A stretch of 53,734 nt of DNA. Source: a virus. Its lineage: Duplodnaviria > Caudoviricetes. The stretch covers positions 1 to 53,734 of IMG/VR virus record IMGVR_UViG_3300048131_000244; one strand, 5' to 3'. The translations under genes and the position numbers were made by a program. Below are positions 1 to 9,618 of the stretch, in pieces. Position 1 is the stretch's first letter. The number at the start of each line of letters is the position of its first letter. The notes under the pieces were generated by a model that saw only the letters and a program-made list of their open reading frames with translations, did not search any database and had not been told where the DNA came from.

Positions 1-414
1 ATGAAAAAGTTTTTGTTTATAATTTTAGTGCTACTTGTAGCTTCTTGTGGTTCATACACAATTACCTCTTATCATGATCCTATTAAAAATGTTTTAGCTG
101 TTACCAAAAGTGGGGATACTGTTCAAGTTTCACTTAGAGAATTAGAATCTCAAAAATATAATAATTACACTAGGTATTATCTATACAATGATTGGAGATT
201 AAATAATTGGGATTATCCTTATAGATACTATAACTTTTCTTATGGTATTCCTTATAGATACAAAACTTACATCCCACCTAAAAAATATACCCCCAAACCT
301 AAAACTAAAGTTTATTCATCTACTCCAAGAGGTAGAACAAATAATCAAAATCGTAATTACTCTTCAAATAGCACAAATCGCAGATCTAGTGAAGGGAGAC
401 GCAATAATCAATAG
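1..414 (+). CDS. Putative lipoprotein, hypothetical
   Basis: MKK + hydrophobic stretch + lipobox-like VASC; Tyr/Asn-rich middle and basic, disordered C-terminus. Confidence 0.6.
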   Translation: MKKFLFIILVLLVASCGSYTITSYHDPIKNVLAVTKSGDTVQVSLRELESQKYNNYTRYYLYNDWRLNNWDYPYRYYNFSYGIPYRYKTYIPPKKYTPKPKTKVYSSTPRGRTNNQNRNYSSNSTNRRSSEGRRNNQ

Positions 415-421
415 ACTCTTA

Positions 422-430
422 ATATTTATA
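422..430 (+). promoter_or_regulatory. Putative phage late promoter ATATTTATA (first of about 17 copies, consensus ATAYKTATH)
   Basis: Copies at 422, 6640, 10151, 12923, 14857, 16271, 18257, 21199, 21961, 26731, 27023, 28777, 29358, 30411, 32464, 47642, 53208; most lie 20-40 nt upstream of a start codon. Confidence 0.75.
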
Positions 431-447
431 AATAAAAATATATTACA

Positions 448-882
448 ATGGCCGAATTTAACTATACTGAGTATTTAAAAAATAATCCTTTACTACAAGA
501 GGAAATAAAAGAAAAACTACTCACTGAATCTTTAGAAACAACTGAAGAAGTAACTGAAGAAGCTCCTTCATCTAAAACCACTGTATCTGCATTAAAGGCA
601 CAAATCAAAGAATTTATCCTTGATTCTTTATCAGAAGAACCAGTAACTGAAGAAGAAGAAGATGATATTGAAGCTGATATCGAAGATGAAGTAGATATTG
701 ATGTTGAAGAACCTGCTGTAGATGCTGCACCTGAAGCTGGTCTTTCTAAAGACGAACAAGAAATTCAAGATAGCCTAAAATTAGCTTATGACAATGCTGT
801 AGCTATCGGTGATGATAAATTAGCTGATCAGATTGGTAATTCAATTACCTTCTTTACTAGAACTCACGTTGTAGAAAGATAA
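448..882 (+). CDS. Acidic putative internal head protein
   Basis: Late motif upstream; N-terminal [15 protein letters not shown] leader resembling those at 6707 and 7031; L-x-E motifs. Confidence 0.5.
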   Translation: MAEFNYTEYLKNNPLLQEEIKEKLLTESLETTEEVTEEAPSSKTTVSALKAQIKEFILDSLSEEPVTEEEEDDIEADIEDEVDIDVEEPAVDAAPEAGLSKDEQEIQDSLKLAYDNAVAIGDDKLADQIGNSITFFTRTHVVER

Positions 883-883
883 T

Positions 884-3481
884 ATGATCAATGAGCGTAA
901 ATTATCAGAAAACGAACTAGATGCACGTGTTGGATCAGTTAAAGGGCTATTGAAAAATAAGCGTGCTCTAGTTAAAAAGTATGGTAAAGACGCAGAAAAA
1001 GTTATGTACGGTATTGCTACTAAACAAGCTAAGAAAAAAGTAGAAAATATGAACTTAGACAAAGTAAGGGAATTAGTAAAAGATGCTCTCACAGTTAAAG
1101 AGGCATCTCCATTTGTATTAGCAGCAGACGCAGCTAGAGACGCAGGTAAAAAAGAATTTGAATTCCCTAAAGGAAGTGGTAAAATGCACCCTGTTACAAT
1201 CAAACAAGATATTGATGAAATAGATAATAGTGAATTTGCTATGAAGCTTAGAGCACCTAAATCTAAACCATCAAAACCTGAACCATCTAGAGGTGGAATC
1301 GATTACGATGAAGCTTTAACATTAAGAGGAATGTTAGCTGATTTAGAAAATGAAAGAGATCAATTATTTAGAGATATGGAGCAAGAAGCTGAACCAGAAG
1401 GTGGGCCAATTGCAGATAGATATGGTGATGAATTAAATAAAATTGAAGACCGTATAGATAAAATTCGTAGACAACTTCGTGATTATGATATGAATGAAGC
1501 ATCATATGGTAGCAAATATGGTTATACAGATGATGAACTTAGGGGTGATGAATTTTCAGGTTCAGACCCTAAAGCAGGTTCAACTATTAAAGGTACTGGT
1601 TTTATGGCTCCTAGACAAAAACCTAAAGATAAAAAAGAAAAACTTAAAGAAGATAGTAGAGAAGAAGCTATTGCTTATTTTCAACAAGCAATAAAGTTAA
1701 GTCATACTAATAAAGTAAGAAACCTTATATTAAAAGCTGCTAAAGAATTAGGGTTAGAAATCCCTAAAGTATGGACAGAAAATGTAAATGAAAAGAAATT
1801 AAACGAAGATAGTAGAGAAGAAGCTATTGAAGATCTAAAATTTTTCCTTCAAGATCTAGAAGCTAAAAGTGAGGAAGCTCGTGGTATTGTACAAGATATT
1901 AATCCTAATGAAGTTGATATTTTAGATAGATATGGAGCATTCGACTTTGGATTTAGTCAAAACCCCAATGATACTACATTACAATCTTTCTATCAAGAAC
2001 TAACTGGTGAAGATGGTGAGATTTATGAAGGAGATGTAGATGAAAGTGCAAAAGAAGAAGAAAATATTACTATTATTCCTTTAGCTAAATGGAAAGCCCA
2101 TCAATTTTGGTACGATAAAATGATCAAATCAGGAGCATTAGATCCTTCTAAAATTAGAATCGATAGAGGAGAGGATCTAGATGAAGATCTAGACGTAGGT
2201 CATCAAGACAACGAACCCCACATGCTTAAAAAAGATTTATATAGAATAGCTAAATATGCAGCTGAACTATATAAAATGATGGACAAATACGATCAAGGTG
2301 GAGAAGTAGATTTTCCACATTGGTGGCAAGGTAAAGTAATCAAAGCTAGAGATTACATGGTATCTGCTAAACATTATTTAGATGGTGAGGAAAAAGTAGA
2401 CCAAATTGATGCTATGTTAAATGAAGTAAATTATAAAACCCATACTGAACCTAAACATTTTGATATCTGCCCAGGTGCAGAAGCTTTAAGAGATGAACTT
2501 TTAGCTAGTGGAAAAACAGCTGAAGAATTAGGTGAATGGACTTACAGACATGATCAATTATTTAAATTAGAAAAAGATGTTCTTGATTCTAAAAAAGCAG
2601 ATGATAGACATGTTAAAGCAGCAGAAAAATTAAAATCTATACTTATTAATTTATCTAGAGATTTAGGTATTGATGCTGATAAAGTTGGATACTTAAAAGG
2701 TCATGTTGACAAAATAAAAGATGTTGCAAGCGGAGTTAAAGAAATGAAACTCAAAAAAGACCCACCAGAAGATGGAATAAAACCTGGTACTTATGCTGGT
2801 AAAGCAGTAGTGGTCCATATGGAGGGTCCTGAAACTGAATGGAAAGTAGAATTTATTGATAGTGGTAAAATAGTAGATTATGCTGATGTTATAGCTAATC
2901 TTAAGTTTGACGATGATACTAGACCAACAGATTACATGCAACGTAGAATGTATGATAAAGACTACTTAAACGAAGAAATGGATGGTGGTCAATTATTTGA
3001 TTATTTTAACACTAAATATGTAGTAGATGATCATTTTCATAGTGATGATAGTTACATTGTTAAAAGAGAACCATCTGGAAAAGATCAATATGTAATATTT
3101 GATTACGATAAAGATAAAGATCAGTTCCAAATTAGACAAATGGGTGGTTATCGAATTGATCAAAAAGAAGCTGAAAAAGCTGGAATGAGAGAAACAAGCA
3201 GATTAGCTAGAGCAGGAATGGATGCTTATATGGTAGATGGTAATTATTCACCAACTCCTATTTCAGTTAAAGGATTAAAAGATATAGTTGATCATGTAAT
3301 GGGTGGTTTAAGTAGAGAAGCAGATGCACAACAATCTTTTTATGCTAGAAGAGGCCCAACATCAGGTACTGTAGATGAAGAAAAAATCGAAGTAGATGCT
3401 GATACTAAATTTGAATTACCCCTAAAACACCTTATCCAAAAACATGTTAAAGAAGTATTAGGTAAAAAATCTACAAAATAA
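884..3481 (+). CDS. Large modular acidic protein, putative head-packaged polyprotein
   Basis: 865 aa punctuated by INE/VKE/IDE/MNE/LKE/LNE/VDE/LDE motifs; internal duplication of KL(K/N)EDSREEAI. Confidence 0.55.
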   Translation: MINERKLSENELDARVGSVKGLLKNKRALVKKYGKDAEKVMYGIATKQAKKKVENMNLDKVRELVKDALTVKEASPFVLAADAARDAGKKEFEFPKGSGKMHPVTIKQDIDEIDNSEFAMKLRAPKSKPSKPEPSRGGIDYDEALTLRGMLADLENERDQLFRDMEQEAEPEGGPIADRYGDELNKIEDRIDKIRRQLRDYDMNEASYGSKYGYTDDELRGDEFSGSDPKAGSTIKGTGFMAPRQKPKDKKEKLKEDSREEAIAYFQQAIKLSHTNKVRNLILKAAKELGLEIPKVWTENVNEKKLNEDSREEAIEDLKFFLQDLEAKSEEARGIVQDINPNEVDILDRYGAFDFGFSQNPNDTTLQSFYQELTGEDGEIYEGDVDESAKEEENITIIPLAKWKAHQFWYDKMIKSGALDPSKIRIDRGEDLDEDLDVGHQDNEPHMLKKDLYRIAKYAAELYKMMDKYDQGGEVDFPHWWQGKVIKARDYMVSAKHYLDGEEKVDQIDAMLNEVNYKTHTEPKHFDICPGAEALRDELLASGKTAEELGEWTYRHDQLFKLEKDVLDSKKADDRHVKAAEKLKSILINLSRDLGIDADKVGYLKGHVDKIKDVASGVKEMKLKKDPPEDGIKPGTYAGKAVVVHMEGPETEWKVEFIDSGKIVDYADVIANLKFDDDTRPTDYMQRRMYDKDYLNEEMDGGQLFDYFNTKYVVDDHFHSDDSYIVKREPSGKDQYVIFDYDKDKDQFQIRQMGGYRIDQKEAEKAGMRETSRLARAGMDAYMVDGNYSPTPISVKGLKDIVDHVMGGLSREADAQQSFYARRGPTSGTVDEEKIEVDADTKFELPLKHLIQKHVKEVLGKKSTK
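1649..1829 (+). repeat. 25-bp exact direct repeat GAAGATAGTAGAGAAGAAGCTATTG (1649-1673 and 1805-1829)
   Basis: Read directly; each copy begins at the Glu codon of an L-x-E motif. Confidence 0.9.
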
Positions 3482-3924
3482 TGACAGCTTCAGAACTAAA
3501 AGACAAACTCAAACCTCTAATTCAGCAGGTATATAAATCTAAAGCAAAAGCAGAAGATGCTGTCTTACCTTATGATGAATTAACTAAGTTCCCAGAACTT
3601 AAATTAATTATAATTGATTTACTTACTTCAGACTTTGATAAATTTTTAGAATCAATTGACTGGGTTTCACCACGACCAACTATATTTAGAATTAATCTAC
3701 TAAATGGTGAAAACTTTATGTTAGAATATAATAATAGAAGTTGGGTAGCTAAAGTTGAAGGTAAAAAATACTATTTGTTAAACTTAGACGAAGAAGAGCG
3801 TGCTGCTCAATCTATAGGTCGTATATTACAATATGGAGCTAAAGCTTCAGGTGTTGCTGGAGGCGCAGATGTTGAAGATGCAGAAGATATAGATACTGAA
3901 ACAGAAGAAACAGATGAAGCATAA
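3481..3924 (+). CDS. Hypothetical phage protein
   Basis: 147-aa ORF, translationally coupled at both ends (TAATG); acidic tail. Confidence 0.7.
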   Translation: MTASELKDKLKPLIQQVYKSKAKAEDAVLPYDELTKFPELKLIIIDLLTSDFDKFLESIDWVSPRPTIFRINLLNGENFMLEYNNRSWVAKVEGKKYYLLNLDEEERAAQSIGRILQYGAKASGVAGGADVEDAEDIDTETEETDEA

Positions 3925-5435
3925 TGAACGTATTCGATAAGTTTTTTAAGAAATTTTCCTATAAATTTGATAAAGGATATCCTGACATGAATAATACTCA
4001 GGATGTTTTGTTGTTAGAGTCGCTTATTAGTGAAGTAGTTACTAAAGACATTATCTTAGAAAACCAGGATTTAATTTCACTTATCAAATCAAATATTAAG
4101 GATTATGGGGATTTAGAAGCATCCGGTAGGGATACCATTAAATTAATATTTTCAGATATTCCTAATAGGGGTGGTAAATCCGATTCAATGCGTAAAGATG
4201 TTTACGATGAATTAAAATCTTTAGCCGATAAAGAAGAATCTCTAAGTGATTTTAAATTTGATGTTGGGGGTGGTTCTTCCTTAGGAAGCGTTATTGTTAA
4301 CTTCAATGATAAAAAATACAGATTAATAGTTAAAGGAGCTTCTAGTGATACAGCTAGTGATACAGATGTTAAAGAGGCATTAGTATCTTTATTTTATATT
4401 ACTAATATAGATAGCCCCTTTAATAAAGAAAATTACAAAAGTAGAGTTAATAGTTTAATTGAAATAGCTGAAAAAGGCATTCCTGGTGAAACTAGTAATG
4501 CTTCACAAAAAGTAGTAGCCTACTTATCGGCAACGGCAGATGATAATAAAGCAAGTAATGTTACATTTATCAACCAACCCTTATCATCAGCACTAGCTAT
4601 TAAAGAAGTTTACCCAGGTCAAAAATTAATTCGTACTGGTTTATTTGATACTATTAGAAGTAAAGCACAATCTTTAACAGGATTACCTGCAGATAAATGG
4701 TGCCCCGGAGATTTATATGTTCAATTAGGCCCCGTTAATTTAACTGAAGACGATAATATTGAACTAATTAACGATTTATTTAATGATGAGTGGGGTGCAG
4801 ATGATAAACCCCTTACAGCTGTATCATTAAAACAAGCAGATGCCCAGGGTGGTAAAGCTAAAGCTTTATTAAACAAATATGCTTCTGCCAAATCTGATTA
4901 CAATTTAACTAAAGATGAAATTGCTTTCAATAATCAAGGATATATTAATGGTATCAAACGATTAAGAGATAGTATTTCTAAATTAGTAGGGGGTAACTCA
5001 AACATTGAATATAATATTGAAGATAGTGATTTAAAAGATGAAACTCGTTTTTTAAGAGGTAAATACGCTGCCCTAAAATCAATTGAATTTTTATTTAAAC
5101 AATTTAATGCTGATGAAGTTGATGAAGCCATAGTAGCTTTAGTAGGTTTTGCCCTTTCATTAACTGGAGTTAATCCAACATTCTTTAAAATAACGGGACA
5201 AAAATCCGGTGCACCCGGAAAAGTAGATAAATTTTCAAGAGGTCAAAATGTTATTTTATTTAATGTAGATGGGGATTATGAACCTATACAAATTGATGAT
5301 ACTTCATCCTTTGGTGGTTTAAAAATCAATTTTAAAATTGAAAAAGGTGGTCAACCATATGCCGTGGCAATTAATGCCCGAAATAACGGTAATACTCAAG
5401 GTACTTTAGAAGTGCAAAAAATTAAAAAAATATAA
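3924..5435 (+). CDS. Putative PD-(D/E)xK-like nuclease with N-terminal leader
   Basis: Motifs DVKE..., ADKWCPGDLY, AVSLKQ resemble restriction-endonuclease-like phage proteins; N-terminal LLLE/ISE/ILE motifs. Confidence 0.45.
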   Translation: MNVFDKFFKKFSYKFDKGYPDMNNTQDVLLLESLISEVVTKDIILENQDLISLIKSNIKDYGDLEASGRDTIKLIFSDIPNRGGKSDSMRKDVYDELKSLADKEESLSDFKFDVGGGSSLGSVIVNFNDKKYRLIVKGASSDTASDTDVKEALVSLFYITNIDSPFNKENYKSRVNSLIEIAEKGIPGETSNASQKVVAYLSATADDNKASNVTFINQPLSSALAIKEVYPGQKLIRTGLFDTIRSKAQSLTGLPADKWCPGDLYVQLGPVNLTEDDNIELINDLFNDEWGADDKPLTAVSLKQADAQGGKAKALLNKYASAKSDYNLTKDEIAFNNQGYINGIKRLRDSISKLVGGNSNIEYNIEDSDLKDETRFLRGKYAALKSIEFLFKQFNADEVDEAIVALVGFALSLTGVNPTFFKITGQKSGAPGKVDKFSRGQNVILFNVDGDYEPIQIDDTSSFGGLKINFKIEKGGQPYAVAINARNNGNTQGTLEVQKIKKI

Positions 5436-5437
5436 TT

Positions 5438-6361
5438 ATGTGTAAGTGCGGCTGCGGAACATGCGAAACAAAAATAACAGGACCTTTACTAACTGAAAGT
5501 AAAGTTAAGTCTTTATTATCTGAAGGTCTAAACCACCATATCAGCAATGCAATTCCATTGCATGAAACTGTTTATAGATATGGTTCAGTCAAACACTTAT
5601 CTTTAATTAAAGAAGCACGTAAATTATATTCACGTAATGTAATTGACCTAAACGAATTTGATACTGAATTAGTTAAAACACATTTAGGAGAGTGGGGTAT
5701 ATTTGAAGGTGAAAGTGTACCATTAGATTTACCTATGTTATCAGAACAAATGGATATCTACGATGACATTGCAAATTCAGAATTTGGAATGGATTATGAC
5801 CAATTAGGTTCAAATGAAAAAGAATGGGTTCGTGATGAAATAGATAATATGTCTATGAGTGAAGCTTATAGTGGTTTTCTAAGAAACCCAGAAGATCCAG
5901 ATTCCGAAAAATTTGAACCTACAGGACCAGTAGCTCAATTTAAAGAAGATTTAAGAGCATTATTTGGTAAATTTAAGGGTGATTTGAAAAATCCTGAATT
6001 TATAAAAGGAGTAGCTCAAATAATGGCTAATTGGAAATCACTTTTAAGAAGCCAATTAGACGAAAAGAAAAAAGCTAAGAAAAAGAAAAAAGACCCACCA
6101 ATTGGAAAACCAAAACGTGGTGGTTCTAAAGCATATTATGTTTATGTGAGAGACCCTAAAACCAAAAAAATTAAAAAGGTATCATTTGGGTCAGGTGGTT
6201 TAAGAGCTAAAATTAACAATCCTAAAGCACGTAATGCATTTGCTAAACGACACAGATGTAGTACCAAAAACGATAGAACAAAACCAGGATATTGGTCTTG
6301 TAGATTACCTCGATATGCTAAAGCATTAGGTTTAGGTAATAATAAGAATACATTCTGGTAA
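5438..6361 (+). CDS. Modular hypothetical protein with N-terminal Cys cluster and basic C-terminal domain
   Basis: MCKCGCGTC start; acidic modules delimited by LSE/MSE/LDE; C-terminal YVYVRDP..KVSFG..FAKRHRC..GYWSC domain. Confidence 0.6.
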   Translation: MCKCGCGTCETKITGPLLTESKVKSLLSEGLNHHISNAIPLHETVYRYGSVKHLSLIKEARKLYSRNVIDLNEFDTELVKTHLGEWGIFEGESVPLDLPMLSEQMDIYDDIANSEFGMDYDQLGSNEKEWVRDEIDNMSMSEAYSGFLRNPEDPDSEKFEPTGPVAQFKEDLRALFGKFKGDLKNPEFIKGVAQIMANWKSLLRSQLDEKKKAKKKKKDPPIGKPKRGGSKAYYVYVRDPKTKKIKKVSFGSGGLRAKINNPKARNAFAKRHRCSTKNDRTKPGYWSCRLPRYAKALGLGNNKNTFW

Positions 6362-6362
6362 A

Positions 6363-6485
6363 ATGTATTGTAAGAAGTGTAAAGTAGAAATGAGATATAT
6401 TTCTTCTAAACAAAATGGCTCATACCATATATGCTCTAAATGTAATAAAGTTATAATTGAAATAAATGAATCCTTATCAAAATAA
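6363..6485 (+). CDS. Small zinc-ribbon protein (40 aa, not in ORF track)
   Basis: Hand-translated MYCKKCKVEMRYISSKQNGSYHICSKCNKVIIEINESLSK; two CxxC motifs; fills the gap between two genes. Confidence 0.55.
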   Translation: MYCKKCKVEMRYISSKQNGSYHICSKCNKVIIEINESLSK

Positions 6486-6714
6486 AGGTAACGTAAGAAC
6501 ATTCTCTAAGGATGTAGATCCAATGGATCTTATATGGCATACTGATCTAGAAGATAGAACAATTGAGATACTAGAAGGTAAAGGTTGGCAATTTCAACGA
6601 GACAACGAATTACCTTTGGTACTTAAAGAAGGAGATCGTATATTTATACCACGACACCAAGTTCATAGAGTAATAAAAGGTACAACTGATTTAAAAATAA
6701 AAATAAATGGGTAA
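6466..6714 (+). CDS. Small cupin-fold protein
   Basis: WHTDxEDR..ILEGKGW..LKEGDRIFIPRHQVHRVIKG cupin motifs 1 and 2. Confidence 0.7.
   Translation: MNPYQNKGNVRTFSKDVDPMDLIWHTDLEDRTIEILEGKGWQFQRDNELPLVLKEGDRIFIPRHQVHRVIKGTTDLKIKING
6615..6646 (+). promoter_or_regulatory. Bacteroidota-type promoter TTTG-N20-TATATTTA inside the cupin gene, overlapping a late motif
   Basis: Same 20-nt spacing as six other copies; upstream of the 6707 and 7031 genes. Confidence 0.45.
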
Positions 6715-7027
6715 TTTTGATTTAAAAAAATATTTAGCTGAAGGTAGGCTATTTGAAGATAGTAAGTCCAATCAACTTCTTATGGTATTACAACGTAACC
6801 AAGCTGAAGTAGAACAACAACTAGGTACTCAATTAGCAAATTGGGACATTGACAACAATGATGATGCTTCAGCTACTGATGTAGACGAATTTGCTGGATT
6901 TTCATTTAAACTAGCTGATGAAGTACCTATGGATTTTAAAGGTGGTGGTTTTGGTGATGATGACACAGACCCAGAAATAATTAATATCGCTGGAAATAAA
7001 ATCGCAGTAATAAAATATAATTTATAA
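6707..7027 (+). CDS. Putative internal head protein with conserved leader
   Basis: Leader MGNFDLKKYLAEGRLFE nearly identical to that of the next gene; acidic cargo follows. Confidence 0.6.
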   Translation: MGNFDLKKYLAEGRLFEDSKSNQLLMVLQRNQAEVEQQLGTQLANWDIDNNDDASATDVDEFAGFSFKLADEVPMDFKGGGFGDDDTDPEIINIAGNKIAVIKYNL

Positions 7028-7030
7028 AAA

Positions 7031-7306
7031 ATGGATAACTTTGATTTAAAAAAATATTTAGTTGAAGGTAAGCTATTAAAAGAAGCAGTGATGTGGAATT
7101 GGGATGGAGATAGAAACTCTTTAGAAGAAGTTCCTCCTAAATTTAAAGCCGCTGTAAAAGCAGTAATAGGTGATGAGTTAGATGATGATACATTTGAGGA
7201 GGCATTTGATGGTATAAAAAACTTTCACGCAGATGAAGCGGGAGAAGGAGAACAAACTTTTAATTCTGACCACTGGGCAGAACAAATAGAAATGGATTAC
7301 TTATAA
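7031..7306 (+). CDS. Putative internal head protein with conserved leader
   Basis: Leader MDNFDLKKYLVEGKLLKE; acidic cargo unrelated to that of the previous gene. Confidence 0.6.
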   Translation: MDNFDLKKYLVEGKLLKEAVMWNWDGDRNSLEEVPPKFKAAVKAVIGDELDDDTFEEAFDGIKNFHADEAGEGEQTFNSDHWAEQIEMDYL

Positions 7307-7374
7307 TAAAGTTAAAATAAAAAACATATAGGATAGATTCATAGCCTATCCGATTAGAAATAATTAAAGAGATC

Positions 7375-7401
7375 TGTGGCCTCCGTTTGGAGGCCACATT
7401 T
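7375..7401 (+). terminator. Probable intrinsic terminator
   Basis: Perfect 10-bp stem TGTGGCCTCC-GTTT-GGAGGCCACA followed by TTT, after the left gene block. Confidence 0.6.
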
Positions 7402-7417
7402 AAGTTTCGTATATTAA
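7386..7417 (+). promoter_or_regulatory. Bacteroidota sigma70-like promoter TTTG-N20-TATATTAA
   Basis: Resembles the -33 TTTG / -7 TAnnTTTG architecture; precedes the oxidoreductase operon. Confidence 0.65.
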
Positions 7418-7439
7418 TGTGTTAAAAATAGAAGTATAG

Positions 7440-7595
7440 ATGAATATAGATAAAGAATTCTACTTAGTAAGAAAAAAAGAAGGTAATTCATTTCAAAGAT
7501 TAATGATGTTTTTTTTAGAACAAAATAAAAAACATGGTGCTAGTTTTGGAGTAGCAGGAATGTATAATACTTTAAATAGATTTTATGGCGAGTAA
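7440..7595 (+). CDS. Small hypothetical protein (51 aa, not in ORF track)
   Basis: Hand-translated ORF MNIDKEFYLVRKK...RFYGE just after the promoter; overlaps the next start codon. Confidence 0.45.
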   Translation: MNIDKEFYLVRKKEGNSFQRLMMFFLEQNKKHGASFGVAGMYNTLNRFYGE

Positions 7596-8895
7596 AAACG
7601 TAGTAATGATTGGAGCAGGTGTAGCAAATGTAAATGCTGCTACCAAGCTAATTGACAACGGATTTAAAGGTAAAATTACTATTATTGATATGGGTAAAGA
7701 CCCATATAGAAGACCATACGAAGAGGTAATGACAGGTTTCCTAGGAGCAGGTGGTTGGAGTGATGGTAAACTAACTTATCACACAGCTATTGGTGGTCAT
7801 CTTTCTAAATATACTGGTGATGAAAAAGCAATGGAGTTGATGGATCAAGTGATTGAAAACTTTAAACGTTTCCACCCTAAACCAGAAGAAGTACAATGTT
7901 CAAACCCAATTGCAGAACCAGATTTTATTAAACCATACTTTGGATTAAGACTATTTCCAGTATGGCACGTTGGTACTGATTATTTACATGAAATAGGTAA
8001 AAATTGGTATGACTTTTTAGTTGATAATGGTGTTGAATTTCATTGGGAAACTAAAGTAACTGATATTGATTTTGAAAATAACAAAGCCATTCTTTGGGAG
8101 AATGAACGAAAGCAAGCTTATCTAAGATACGATGAACTTATCTTTGGAGTAGGTAAATCAGGTATTGATTTTGGTAAACAATTAGCCGAAAAATATGATT
8201 TACCAACTGAACCTAAACCAGTTCAAATAGGTGTTAGATTTGAAGCACCACAAAAACACTTTCAAAAATTAATTGATGTTTCTTACGATTTCAAATTATA
8301 TAGAAAATATGAAGATAAAGGAGTATCACTAAGATCATTTTGTACAAATAATAATGCTGCTTATGTTGCTGTAGAAGAAACATATGGTGATCACAGTTAC
8401 AATGGCCACGCTAAAAAAGATGAATCATTTAGAAATGATATGACTAACTTTGGTATTCTAATGGAAGTTAGAGGTATAGATAAACCATTTGATTGGTCTA
8501 GAGAAGTAGTAAATAAACTACAGAAAAATGGTACTGGTTTATATTACAGCCCAACTAGAGAACCATCTACAACATCTGAAGGTGTAGATGTATCAGCAGT
8601 TAAAGTAGATACACTGCATGAAATATCTAAAGCAATGCAACCCTATTTTGGTTATGTTTATGATTTTATTGAGGATATGAAAAAGGTATTCCCAACACTT
8701 AAGGATGATTGGGGTATTTATGTTCCTGAAGTAAAATACCTTTCACCTGAACCCTTAGTTAATTACGATGATTTGTCTTTAACTAAATTTCCAAATGTTC
8801 ACTTTGTAGGTGATGCTTTAAGTGCTAGAGGTATTACAGTATCAGGTTCTCAAGGTACACTTGTTGCCGAGAAAATTTTGGAAAAACTAAAATAA
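7585..8895 (+). CDS. FAD-dependent oxidoreductase (COG2509-like uncharacterised dehydrogenase)
   Basis: Rossmann VVMIGAG; GAGGWSDGKL, HVGTD, RSFCTN, NGHA and C-terminal FVGD motifs. Confidence 0.8.
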   Translation: MASKNVVMIGAGVANVNAATKLIDNGFKGKITIIDMGKDPYRRPYEEVMTGFLGAGGWSDGKLTYHTAIGGHLSKYTGDEKAMELMDQVIENFKRFHPKPEEVQCSNPIAEPDFIKPYFGLRLFPVWHVGTDYLHEIGKNWYDFLVDNGVEFHWETKVTDIDFENNKAILWENERKQAYLRYDELIFGVGKSGIDFGKQLAEKYDLPTEPKPVQIGVRFEAPQKHFQKLIDVSYDFKLYRKYEDKGVSLRSFCTNNNAAYVAVEETYGDHSYNGHAKKDESFRNDMTNFGILMEVRGIDKPFDWSREVVNKLQKNGTGLYYSPTREPSTTSEGVDVSAVKVDTLHEISKAMQPYFGYVYDFIEDMKKVFPTLKDDWGIYVPEVKYLSPEPLVNYDDLSLTKFPNVHFVGDALSARGITVSGSQGTLVAEKILEKLK

Positions 8896-8908
8896 TTTCG
8901 TATATTTA
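8877..8908 (+). promoter_or_regulatory. Bacteroidota sigma70-like promoter TTTG-N20-TATATTTA
   Basis: Exact 20-nt spacer; upstream of 8928. Confidence 0.65.
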
Positions 8909-8927
8909 CGTAAATAAAATTAAAAAC

Positions 8928-9194
8928 ATGGCAGAAAAAAAACCAAACCCGTTTCCTAAATCAAGAAAATTATCAAAAGCAGATGGTACAATAGCATATA
9001 CCTGGGATGGTAAATTGCATAATTGGGATGGACCTGCATTAATACCTGAAGGAAACAAACGTCAAGCTGAATATTATCTATATGGTATTTTACAAAGCAA
9101 AGAGGAATGGAGTGAAGCTAGGAGACAAAGAGAAGGTGTCCCATTTTATAAAAACCAATCCATGAAATCTAAACTATCAGATTATAGAAACTAA
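8928..9194 (+). CDS. Hypothetical protein with LHxxDGPA motif
   Basis: GKLHNWDGPA..EYYLYG, a beta-hairpin unit common in viral hypothetical proteins. Confidence 0.65.
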   Translation: MAEKKPNPFPKSRKLSKADGTIAYTWDGKLHNWDGPALIPEGNKRQAEYYLYGILQSKEEWSEARRQREGVPFYKNQSMKSKLSDYRN

Positions 9195-9617
9195 ATGAAA
9201 AGAAAAGCAGTTATAGTAAGCGGTTATTTCAATCCTGTACATAAGGGACATTTGGAATTGTTTAAAAAGGCAAATGAAATAGGAGATTTTCTTATTGTAT
9301 TAGTTAATTCTGACCATCAAAGAAAATTAAAAGGTTCTAAAGAATTTCAAGATGAAAGTGAACGTTTACAAATAATTCAATCTCTTAAATCTGTAGGGTA
9401 TGCTTGTATTTCAGTTGATAAAGATAAAACCCAAGTTGAATCATTAAAAATGATTCACCATAAATTTGGGGATGTGTTTGATTTAATATTTGCAAATGGT
9501 GGGGATCAAACAAACAAGACCATACCAGAAAGCTTGGTTTGTAATGAATTAGGTATTACATTGGTAGATGGATTAGGAGACAAAATACAAAGTAGTAGTT
9601 GGTTATTAAAAAAATAA
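9195..9617 (+). CDS. HxGH cytidylyl/adenylyltransferase (TagD / RfaE domain II / RibL superfamily)
   Basis: SGYFNPVHKGH, LIVLVNSD..KLKG, ER, FANGGD, SSS motifs. Confidence 0.8.
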   Translation: MKRKAVIVSGYFNPVHKGHLELFKKANEIGDFLIVLVNSDHQRKLKGSKEFQDESERLQIIQSLKSVGYACISVDKDKTQVESLKMIHHKFGDVFDLIFANGGDQTNKTIPESLVCNELGITLVDGLGDKIQSSSWLLKK

Positions 9618-9618
9618 T

